From Callorhinchus milii (taxonomy: Eukaryota): 32,902 nucleotides of DNA. Under the pieces are notes generated by a model that saw nothing but the letters and a program-made list of their open reading frames with translations, searched no databases and was not told the DNA's origin. Below are positions 24,088 to 32,902 of this stretch, one piece after another. The stretch lies in contig NW_024705588.1 in the NCBI RefSeq assembly GCF_018977255.1, positions 1 through 32,902 of the forward strand. Reading direction: 5' to 3'. Within the stretch, counting starts at the first letter, position 1. Every line of letters begins with the position of its first letter. The position numbers and the translations under genes are program-made.

Positions 24088-25150
24088 CTCACCCACACAC
24101 CCAACACTCACCACACACTCGCTCGCCACTCACCACCAACACACTCACCACCACACACTCGCTCGCCACTCACCAACACACTCACCCACACACTCGCTCG
24201 CCCACCTACCCACCCACACACTCACCCACCCACACTCACCACTACACCCACACACTACCCACCCACACACTCACCACTACCCACACACTCACCACCACAC
24301 ACTCGTCGCCCATCACCCACACACACCACACCCACACAACAACAACCGCCATTCGCCACTAAGTGGCAGTGACGTCACCACGATGCTTGTGCCAGGCCAA
24401 GTGCACCTTGAGGCCACGTGAAGTGTCGAACGCCCGCTGGCAGGAGGTCACGGGGCAGACCCAGGTGCCACGGGTCGACTGACCGAGATGACCGAGATGA
24501 CTGGCTGATGCACCACCTGTGCCCCCTACTGTGCCAACTTGCTGTGCTTTAGCCACCCGGCGCTCCGCTCGTTGTTGTGAGCGTCGCTCCTCCGCCCTCC
24601 GTTGTTGTTGGAGGGCGACTGCCTCCAACTGCTCAGTAGCGTCCTTCACGAGCCTCCTCCACTGAGGCCGATCTTGACACCGCTGGTACCAGTCATCGGC
24701 AAGTCCACTCAGCTCCACGTCCTCAATTAACCACCACTAAACTACGAATTAAACCCACACACCACACACTCCCCCACCCACACACTCGCTCGCCCACACA
24801 CTCGCTCGCCCACCTACCCACCACACACTCACCCACCACACACTCACCCACCCACACACTCGCTCGCCCACCTACCCACCCACACACTCACCCACCCACA
24901 CACCCGCTCGCCCACCTACCCACCCACACACTCACCCACCCACACACTCACCCACCCACACCTCGCTCGCCACCTACCCACCCACACACTCACCCACCCA
25001 CACACCCGCTCGCCCACAACCCACACCTCACCCACCCACACACTACCCACCAACACACTCACCCACCCACACACTCGTCCACTCACCACCAACACACTCA
25101 CCCACCCACACACTCGCTCGCCCACCTACCCACCCACACACTCACCCACA
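24088..25150. repeat. C/A-rich minisatellite (cacactcgctcgcccacctacccacc) interrupted by RTE copy 4
   Basis: Same units at 24088-24336 and 24755-25150. Confidence 0.85.
24337..24724 (-). mobile_element. 5'-truncated RTE copy 4
   Basis: Near-identical to ~501-890; (CAA)n tail; embedded in a CA/CCA-rich array. Confidence 0.92.
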
Positions 25151-25352
25151 GCGTCTGAATGACGCTGTCTTTCCGACAGACCTGTTCTTCACCTGAGGAC
25201 GGCTGCTTGCGTTGTGGCCGAAACGTCGTGAGAATTGTATCTTATTATGTTTTATTTTTATTATTTTATTATTTCCCTTCCACGTGATGACTTTACCAAA
25301 AGAACCAAGAAGATGAATCCCTGCAGTCACGAAAGAAGCTTTAAAATCGAGA
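25150..25352 (+). mobile_element. Penelope-like non-autonomous element with hammerhead motif
   Basis: Near-identical to 30155-30326; ends gaagatgaatccctgcagtcacgaaag. Confidence 0.7.
25188..25232 (+). ncRNA. Minimal type I hammerhead ribozyme motif
   Basis: ttcac CTGAGGA c ggctgc-ttgcgtt-gtggcc GAAA CGTC gtgag. Confidence 0.7.
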
Positions 25353-25444
25353 CTTTGGCCTCCCACAGCGGCTGCTGTGTGTGATCCACACGCCGCACAG
25401 CGGACCACCTGCTGCCTCGACCTCGCCACTTCGCATGCGGAGGT

Positions 25445-25545
25445 GGTCACAGCACTCGGTGCTTCTCTCGTTCAAGTCACGCAGGTAGACAAGGTCGTAG
25501 ATCACGACGTTTCCATCGCAACGCGAGCCATCGTCATCAGGTGCG
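25445..25545 (-). mobile_element. Diverged Penelope-like relic with degenerate hammerhead
   Basis: Reverse complement reads cac CTGATGA cgatggctcgcgttgcgatg GAAA CGTC gtg, then ctacctgcgtgacttgaacgag; stem II has mismatches. Confidence 0.55.
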
Positions 25546-25584
25546 GAACAACAGCAGGAGGACTGCTGAGAGGAGATAGAGCCT

Positions 25585-25840
25585 CTGCTGCAGCAGCTGC
25601 TGTAGCAGCAGTAACAGCAGCAGTAGCAGCTGCAGCAGCTGTAACAGCTGCAGCTGCTACTGCTGTTGCAGCTTCTGCAGCTGCTACTGCTGTCGTAGGA
25701 GATAGAGCCTCTACTGCTACTGCTGCTGTTACTGCTGCTGCTACTGCTGCTGCTACTGCAGCTGCTGCTGCTGCAGCTGCTGCTGCTGTACTACTGCTGC
25801 TGCAGCCACTGCAGATGCAGCAGCAGTAACAGCAGCAATC
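25585..25840. repeat. Mixed CAG/CTG trinucleotide low-complexity tract
   Basis: Direct observation. Confidence 0.85.
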
Positions 25841-26138
25841 CTCATCAACGAGTGGGTGGGTCGGTGGTGATTGGCTTAGAGCTGGAGGGGGAGTGGCTTC
25901 GAGCTGGAGGCGAGTAGCTGAGAGCACGTGGTACACAGCACGTGTTGCAAAACACGTGTTACTGCTCCAGCTGTTGCTACGTCCACGGAGGGGGACCCAC
26001 AAATACAACTCCCGCCCGGCCGCCTTTGTCTCTCTCAGCGCCACACGCAGGTAAAGGCTGCTGCTGGAGAGATCAGCTGTAGGTGCCAGGCTAGGTGCGC
26101 GTGTCTCTAGATGTGGCACGTGTCTCTAGATGTGGCAC

Positions 26139-26235
26139 GTGTCTCTAGATGTGAAGTTTTCGTCACTGCAAGGATCCCAATCTTTGGTGCTATTCTGTGA
26201 AGTTGTTACTTTATGCTTACCCACGTGACTTCACC
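26139..26235 (-). mobile_element. Diverged Penelope-like terminus relic
   Basis: tctagatgtgaagttttcgtcactgcaaggat resembles tctagatttgaagcttcgtgactgcaaggat at 18011; acgtgacttcaccga nearby. Confidence 0.5.
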
Positions 26236-26744
26236 GAGTAGAGTAGGTGCACGTGCAGTGCTGTCAAGCAGCACGTGCAGTAGGCCTAGGGAAGGTAATT
26301 GACCCTTGTTACCGGGTGATTTTATTAAATGTACTACTAGTAATGGCAGAACTCCCCAACGTAATGGACCGTGGCCAATTACAGCCAACGTCAGTTGAGC
26401 GTGGACAATTAGACCCAAGCCGAAAACATAACATGTAAAAAATAATGTTTCAAAATATGTTTTTTTTTATTTTCAATGATAGAATATCGGTTGTCATCAG
26501 TATGACATAAGTATACCAAGTTTGGCTGTCGATATCACATTAGGAAGTGGGTTAAAAATTGAGTTACAAGATTTGAAGATACAACAACAACAGACAGAGT
26601 GAGTTCAAAGAAAGGTGTACAATTGGAATCATCGAGATATTCTATATGTATAAAGCGTTCTACCTTAAAGCATTTACCGTTATATACCTTGTTCATGTCG
26701 TAGTAGTACCTCAGTAATTACCCTGTAATCGGGTTATTGTATGT

Positions 26745-27012
26745 AATGGGGTAAGGGTAAAATGTAGGCTCGTTGCTTTTTACCTTTTACCCTTTTACCT
26801 TACCTGCTAAAGGGTAAAAGATAAGGTAGAGTGGATTGTATTGTGTGTAAAGGTAAAGGTAGGTAAAGGTAGGCTCGTTGTTGTTGACCTTTTACCTGTT
26901 ACCTTACCTGCTAAAGGGTCAAAGGTAATGGTAGAGTGATTGTATTGTGGTAAGGTAAAAGGTAGGTAAAGGTAGGCTCGTTGCTTTTACTTTGAAATTT
27001 TACCTTACCTTG
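26745..27012. repeat. Three ~110-bp tandem units with aaggta/tacctt inverted arms around gtaggctcgttg
   Basis: gtaggctcgttg at ~26764, ~26869 and ~26972. Confidence 0.7.
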
Positions 27013-27344
27013 CCGAGGCCTACGTGCAGTGAAACCCTGGATTGGATTAACTGGTCTCGAGTGTTTTGCAAGATAAGCAATTAAAACAAATATATTGATC
27101 AACCAGCGAGGTCTTGCAACAGGAGAAGTTTCATTGTTGAAGTGGCACAGGACAGACCCCAGTGAGCCCAGAGATGGCAGTGGCTCCGTTCGTGGCAGTG
27201 AAAGTAGTCCTACACAATCACCCTCCTCCTCCTCCTCTCTCTGTCTCCACGATTACATGTCACGATACATTCGATTACTTTATACTGGTAGGAACGAAGT
27301 GGACCAGACCACCAATAGATTAATGTGTCCGTCCGTCGTCCGTC

Positions 27345-27425
27345 TGTCCGACAAGATGGCCGCCCGCTCCCCCTGCGATATGTGAACTAAACAAGATGGC
27401 CGTCGCTTCCGGCGCCTCACGGCGA
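27345..27425 (+). promoter_or_regulatory. CpG-rich promoter-like cluster (two YY1-like caagatggccg, ETS-like cttccgg)
   Basis: Motif resemblance only. Confidence 0.25.
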
Positions 27426-27555
27426 AACTTTAAACTTCGCTTCAAATTTACTTCACTGAAATGCAGCACGTTTTTTTTAACAAAGAGACAGATACATTTA
27501 TTAACACAGAGACGAGATACATTTAATCGCCTTATTTGTGGCACGAAAAGCACGG

Positions 27556-27880
27556 CGCAGGCCTAGTGCGAAGGCTTCCCAGGCCTAGTGCGGCAGGCTT
27601 TTAGGGAGGCCTACTGCAGAGGCTTCGCGAGGCCTAGTGCAGAGGCTTCGCGAGGCTATGCAGAGGCTTCGGAGGCCTACTGCAAGGCTTCGCGAGGCCT
27701 AGTGCAAGAAAGGCTGCGAGGCTACTGCAGGGAAGGCTTCGCGAGGCCTACTGCAGAGGCTTCGCGAGGCTAGTGCAGAAGGCTTCGCTAAGTCTACTGC
27801 AGAGAAGGCTTCGCGAGGCCTAGTGCAGCAGGCTTCGCGAGGCCTAGTGCGGCAGGATTCGCGAGGCCTAGTGCAGAAGG
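27556..27880. repeat. ~22-bp CpG-rich tandem repeat (aggcttcgcgaggcctagtgcag)
   Basis: About 14 direct copies, no unique spacers. Confidence 0.9.
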
Positions 27881-28169
27881 TGGTGGTCAATTAATCTCAG
27901 ATGTGATCGTTTGGAAATGAAAGACTACGAGTCTTTAAATCTCACAACGTTTCTTGTCAAAACAAACACTTTTAATTAATGTTACACTAGAATACAGTAA
28001 TTTTGTCTTTAACTCCTCTATACCCGGTCGATATCCCTGTACCGTACTAAGTATTATTCCTACCAGCCCACCCCGCAGGGTCCTGTTATTACATTTAAAT
28101 ACAAATTTAAAAAGGTACAGTATTTTGTAATGTCATCATGGGACCTCCTTTGCCAGTACCAAAATATAC

Positions 28170-28297
28170 TAACAGGTTTTTTTTCCCCTTTTTTTTTTCT
28201 GGCAACAAAAACTGACACCTTTTGCAAGGTCAATGTAAGCATGATTCCTTGCAAAAGGTGTCAGTTTTGTTGCCAAAAAAGGGAAAAAAACCTATTA
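28170..28297. repeat. Foldback inverted repeat (~50-bp arms)
   Basis: ggcaacaaaaactgacaccttttgcaagg (28201-28229) vs ccttgcaaaaggtgtcagttttgttgcc (28247-28274), extending outward through T/A runs. Confidence 0.85.
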
Positions 28298-28586
28298 TTA
28301 ATTAATGTAATGAATAATTTTTGTATGAATATTTTTTGGGTTGTGAAACGAGTCGTCTTGAGTTTCCATTTTGTCTCATGGGGAAGTTCGCTTTGATGTA
28401 CGAGTTGCTTTGGATTACGAGCACATTTCAGGACCGAATTATGCTCGCAATCCAACGTTTCACTGTACTAGTAATCAATGCTCGATTGGTTTTAAACATA
28501 AATCGATTCTTATACCGTTCAATAAAGGGGGGCGATTCTATCAATCAATGATCGATTCTATGTATCGATTAGCGATTGTGTTGTGT

Positions 28587-28900
28587 GGGGAGCGGTGGGT
28601 GTAGTGGTCAGCGCTGCGTCGCACTACGAACCTGGCGACCCGGGTTCGATTCCCGCTCACGGCCAACACCGTCAGTGGCGATTATCGGAAACCGGTCCTG
28701 GGCCTCCCTAGGTCGACTGAGCCTCAACTGAGTACCTGGTGCGGTGTGTAGTAGTGAACATCGCTAGCACTGGGGAGACAAAGGCGGCCGGGCGTGGTGC
28801 TGGCCACCCACCCCCTCGTGTGCCACAGTGCCGGTAGCCTTCACAGCTGCTGCTACTCGCTAACAGCACTTGCCCCTGCAGTCTGATCCTGACCCTGACG
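28587..28900 (+). mobile_element. tRNA-derived SINE (most complete copy)
   Basis: A box tgtagtggtcagcg, B box ggttcgattcc, conserved core taggtcgactgagcctcaactgagtacctgg, 3' cacttgcccctgcagtct followed by (GCT)n. Confidence 0.85.
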
Positions 28901-28968
28901 ACGGCTGCTGCTGCTGCTGCTGTAGCTGCTGTATGTTTGAAGTGTGTGTCTCTCTGTCTCTCTGCCAG

Positions 28969-29803
28969 GTGCCCCTCAGAGCACGACGAGATGCAGGAGG
29001 AGGTGGAGGAGGCAGAGCAGGAGATGAGGGGGGCTGGAGGTGGCGACCCTCAGAGAGGAAGGGGAGGAGGTAGTGAAGATGCCTGGGCCAGGATGTGGGC
29101 GGGTTTGGGGAGGGTGGCGTGGGCTTGCCGGGGAGGGGGCCTTGTGCTCCTATGATGGTGATGGCGGCGGTAACTATAGCGGTGGTGGCTACGGTGGTGG
29201 CGGCGGAGGTGGCGGCGGTAACTATGTGGTGTGGTGGTGGTGGCGGCTATGGTAGTGACTATGGTGGTGGTGGCGGTGGTGGTGGTGGTAGTGGCTATGA
29301 TGATGATGGTGATCCCACGATCGATGACGTGCTACAGAGACTCCAGCAGGTGCAGTGGGGAGATGTAGAGGAGGTGACGGATCTGGTGGAGTTGAAGGAG
29401 GTGGAGATGGAGGAGGAGGTGACGGATCTGTGGAGCTGAAGAGGAGGAGGAGGTGGAGGAGGTGACGGATCTGGTGGAGCTGAAGGAGGTGGAGATGAGG
29501 AGGAGTTGACGGATCTGGTGGAGCTGAAGGAGGAGGAGGAGGTGGACATGATTGGGCCAGGATGTGGGCTGGTTTGGGAGGGTGGAGTGGGCCTGGCAAG
29601 GAGGGCGTCTGGTGGCGCTATGATGGCGATGACGGTGGTGCCACGATCGATGAGGTCCTATGGAGACCCAGCAGGTGCAGAGGGGAGACGTGGGAGGAGG
29701 TGACGCATCTGGAGGAGCTGAAGGAGAAAGTGAAGGAGAAAGTGAAGGAGAACGTGAAGGAGGTGAAGGAGGAGGACAAGAAGGAGAGCTCCAACAGCAG
29801 CAG
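28969..29803 (+). CDS. Putative exon of an unknown Glu/Gly-rich repeat protein (frameshifted)
   Basis: Acceptor tctctgtctctctgccag|, donor cagcagcag|gtgtga; codon-like gag/gtg/ctg usage; repeated EEVTDLVELKE and a duplicated YDxD..TID(D/E)VL module. Confidence 0.35.
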
Positions 29804-30067
29804 GTGTGAGTGTGGTGGTGAGTGTGGTGGTCAGTGTGGTGGTGAGTGGTGGTGGAGTGTGGTGGTGAGTTTGGTGGCTAGACCTAGGGGAGCGGACCCA
29901 CCGCTGACCCGGTGGGTCCCTGACCACTGGCCCGTCCGGACCTGGCCTTCCCCTCACAAGGACATCAGGCCGAGGGAACTCAGGGTCCTAGCCCCACGAC
30001 CACGGGCACCGCACTGAGCCCCGGCCCTCAGAAGGATGTCGGCGGCTTGGGGTCCAGGGTCTTCTTC

Positions 30068-30326
30068 ATCTTCTTGGTTCTTTCGGTAAAGTCATCACGT
30101 AGAAGGGAAATAATAAAAATAATAAAATAAAACATAATAAAATAATTCTCACGAAGACAGACCTGGTCTTCACCTGAGGACGGCTGCTTGCGTTGTGGCC
30201 GAAACGTCGTGAGAATTATTTTATTATGTTTTATTTTTATTCTTTTGTTATTTCCCTTCTACTGATGACTCTACCGAAATAACCAAGAAGATGAATCCCT
30301 GCAGTCACGAAAACTTTACATCGAAA
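30068..30326. mobile_element. Penelope-like foldback element with hammerhead motif
   Basis: ~90-bp inverted repeats (~30065-30154 vs ~30207-30295); 10-bp TSD ggtcttcttc (30058-30067, 30327-30336); hammerhead core between the arms. Confidence 0.75.
30169..30213 (+). ncRNA. Minimal type I hammerhead ribozyme motif
   Basis: Same sequence as the 25188 copy. Confidence 0.7.
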
Positions 30327-30838
30327 GGTCTTCTTCTTCTCCAGGCGGCTTCGGCTTGAGACGGACTGCCTCGCGCTCTCAGGGACCCGCCTTATATACT
30401 CTCCCTCCCTGAGGGCGGGGCTCTGGGGATCGTAGCAGCCCCAGCCCCCCCTCCCCTCAGAGGGGTTCCAACCGCCGTTGGCCCGACCGGTTCGGACCGG
30501 TTCCTACCCCTCCCCCCTGGTTGTGACGCGTGTGTCCATCATGGCCGCCACGCACATGCTGTGTGACGGCCTTCGAAGCCAGCTAGAGATTTCCTCAGAA
30601 TATCATTAGCAAACCAACCCCCCATCTTCTCTTTTGTTTTTGGATTTTTTAAATGACCTTTTACGGCTTATCTCCTTGCTGCCTGGTGTGGCTTGTGGAA
30701 GGCAGCTGCTGAGGGGTGAGGGTGGTTGTGGCGTGTTCGTTTGTGCCTCATGCTGCACCCCGATTGATAATTAAGAAAACAAATATTGGCAGAATTATTC
30801 TTAATCTCAATTTTGGAAAAAGGCCGATATATACAACA

Positions 30839-30990
30839 TGGTGGTGAGCGCGGTGGTGAGTGAGTGTGGTGGTGAGTGAGCGCGGTGGTGAGTGCGGTGG
30901 TGAGTGATGAGCGCGGTGGTGAGTGCGGTGGTGAGTGAGTGTGGTGGTGAGTGCGGTGGTGAGTGGTGAGCGTGGTGGTGAGTGAGTGTA
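30839..30990. repeat. (gtggtgagt)-type repeat, related to 29804-29875
   Basis: Direct observation. Confidence 0.8.
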
Positions 30991-31077
30991 CACTGAGTGT
31001 GTGTTCATGTTGAACTTGTTTCGCGAACTGGCAGATGTTGATTTTCTCCCTGTCCCTCTCTCCCCACCTCCTCCCAG

Positions 31078-31603
31078 CTGACTCACTGCCCAGTGAGTCA
31101 ACCCGTGACCAATCTCCCCCCCGGGGGAGTCACTCCCTGGCGATGTTCCACCAGGCGCCTGTCAATCACCCCCAGCTGGTGGCCTTCCCGCAGCCTGGTC
31201 AACAGCTGAGTCACCCCGGGGTGATGAACCCCCAGATCAAGTACGGCTGGGTGAGCCACCCCCCCAGCTGATCTACCAACAGCTGGGTCAACCTCCCCAA
31301 CTGACTCACCCCTCCCAGGTGATATACCCACCACTGACTCACCCCCCCCAGGTGATTTACCCACAACTGACTCACCCCCCCCCAGGTGACTCACCCCTCC
31401 CAGGTGATTTACCCACAACTGACTCACCCCTCCCAGGTGACCCACCCCCCAAGTGACCCACCCCCCCAGGTGCATCAACCCCCCAGGTGATTTACCCACA
31501 ATTGACTCACCCCCCCAGGTGACCCACCCCCCCAGGTGACCCACCCCCCCAGGTGCATCAACCCCCAGTGCTGTACCCATATTGGGTGGTGAGGGATCGT
31601 TAG
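31078..31603 (+). CDS. Putative exon encoding Pro/Gln/His-rich repeats (frameshifted)
   Basis: Long pyrimidine tract then ctcccag|; reads ..AMFHQAPVNHPQLVAFPQPGQQLSHPG.. then (VIYPQLTHPPQ / VTHPPQ)n if C-run deletions are corrected. Confidence 0.3.
31300..31566. repeat. 18/33-bp C-rich tandem repeat (caggtgacccaccccccc / caggtgatttacccacaactgactcaccc)
   Basis: Direct observation; unit lengths are multiples of 3. Confidence 0.8.
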
Positions 31604-31639
31604 GGGTTACTGCCATGCCAGGAAGCGGCGCTAACCGCT

Positions 31640-31944
31640 AAATATGAAGATGTAACAGATACAGCCTGGGTGTCAACAAACCTGCAGTGTTGTATGTTTT
31701 GTGATGTTTAAAAAGTTTTATTGATACAGAAATGTAACAGATGCAGCGTGGATTTGTTGTATGTTTTGTGATGTTCAAAAAGTTTGATTAAATACAGAAA
31801 TGTAATAGATACAGCGTGGATTTATGTTGTATGTTTTGTGATGTTCAAAAGTTTGATTAAATATGGAAATTTAACATATACAGCGTGGATTGACGTATAT
31901 TTTGTGATGTAAAAAGTTTATTAAATATGTAAATGTAACAGATA
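31640..31944. repeat. AT-rich ~65-70 bp minisatellite (aaatgtaacagatacagcgtggatt..ttttgtgatgttcaaaaagttt)
   Basis: Four to five direct copies. Confidence 0.85.
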
Positions 31945-32082
31945 CACCTGGGTCTGCCCGTGACCTCCTGCCAGCGGGCATTCGACACTTCACGTTCTCT
32001 CATGGTGCACATAGCCTGGCACAAGCGTCGTGGTGACGTCACCGCCACTTAGTGGCGAATGGCGGTGTTTGTTGTTGTTGTT
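31945..32082 (+). mobile_element. Short, more diverged RTE 3' fragment (copy 5)
   Basis: cacctgggtctgccc...gtcaccgccacttagtggcgaatggcgg followed by a gttgttgttg tail and a long TG-rich tract. Confidence 0.85.
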
Positions 32083-32690
32083 TGTGTCTCTGTGTCTGTG
32101 TGTGCGTGTGAGTCTGTGTGTGCGTGTGTGAGTCTGTGTGTGCGTGTGAGTCTGTGTGTGCGTGTGAGAGTCTGTGTGTGTGAGTCTATGTGTGTGTGTG
32201 TGAGTCTGTGTGTGTGAGTCTGTGTGTGAGTCTGTGTGTGTGTGTGTGAGTCTGTGTGTGTCAGTCGATGTGTGTACAGCAATGTGTGTGTGTGACAGTC
32301 CATGTGTGTGTGTGTGAGTCTGTGTGTGTCAGTCGATGTGTGTGTGTGTGAGTCTGTGTGTGTCAGTAGATGTGTGTCAGTCCATGTGTGTGTGTGTGTG
32401 TGAGTCTGTGTGTGTCAGTCGATGTGTGTACAGCAATGTGTGTGTGTGACAGTCCGTGTGTGTGTGTGCGTCGATATGTGTTTGTGTACGTCCAAATGTA
32501 TGTCTATGTGTAGATCCATGTGTGTGCGTGAGTCGCTGTGTATGTGTAAGTCGATGTGTCTGCGTTGGTCCATGTGTGTGTAAGTCCATGTGTGTGTGTG
32601 TGTAGTCATGTGTGTGTGTGTAAGTCCATGTGTGTGTAAGTCCATGTGTGTGTGTGTAAGTCCATGTGTGTGTGTGTGTGTGTCAGTGAC
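32083..32690. repeat. Compound (TG)n-rich repeat
   Basis: Direct observation. Confidence 0.9.
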
Positions 32691-32703
32691 TGCCTGTATC
32701 TAT

Positions 32704-32902
32704 GGGGAGCGGTGGTGCAGCGGTTAGCGCGCTGCGCTACGAACCCGGCGACCCGAGTTCGATTCGCTCACTGCCAACCAGTGGCGATTATCTGAACCGG
32801 TCCGGGCCTCCACTAGGTCGACTCAGCCTCAAATGAGTACCTGGTGCGGTGCGTAGTAAACATCGTCACTGGGAGACAAAGGCGGTCGGGCGTGGTGCTG
32901 AC
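32704..32902 (+). mobile_element. tRNA-derived SINE (runs off window)
   Basis: ggggagcggtggtgcagcggttagcg, gagttcgattcg, taggtcgactcagcctcaaatgagtacctgg. Confidence 0.85.

Larger units (their letters stand above)
29876..30838 (-). mobile_element. Possible solo-LTR-like insertion hosting the 30068 Penelope-like element
   Basis: Splits a gtggtgagt array; minus strand begins tgttgtatatat and carries a GC box then tatataag (~30390-30420); no clear TSD. Confidence 0.3.

Noticed and set aside
25377..26119. Poly-Ala ORFs on both strands
   Set aside because: Derived from a CAG/CTG low-complexity tract and element relics; no domain or splice support.
26400..26620. Helitron/Helentron-like non-autonomous element
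   Set aside because: Only a vague motif resemblance (ccaagtttgg, cagacaga); termini not identifiable.
27556..27880. CRISPR-like palindromic repeat array
   Set aside because: No unique spacers, no cas genes, eukaryotic context; it is a tandem repeat.
30261..30282. Second hammerhead core ctgatga..gaaa
   Set aside because: No stem II pairing, and homologous copies read gtgatga/gtga; a chance variant.

Overview
This is eukaryotic (vertebrate-type) genomic DNA, GC-rich and repeat-dense; lamprey-like by repeat content and gene style, which is inference only. The left half holds the last six coding exons of a + strand pappalysin gene (PAPPA/PAPPA2 family; sushi/CCP modules, LNR3, C-terminus). The ORF track misses them because they are short and carry frequent 1-nt deletions that look like homopolymer assembly errors. 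Introns and downstream DNA contain: five copies of one young RTE-clade LINE (two near full length: APE-RT-C2H2 zinc finger), all associated with (CA)n/(TG)n tracts; about six tRNA-derived SINEs; a hAT MITE with an 8-bp TSD; several Penelope-type non-autonomous elements carrying minimal hammerhead ribozymes (four intact-looking, with covarying stem II, plus degenerate copies), two of them foldback insertions with 10-12 bp TSDs; and many mini/microsatellites. The right end may contain two exons of an unrecognised Glu/Gly- and Pro/Gln/His-repeat gene. No CRISPR, rRNA or bona fide tRNA is evident.
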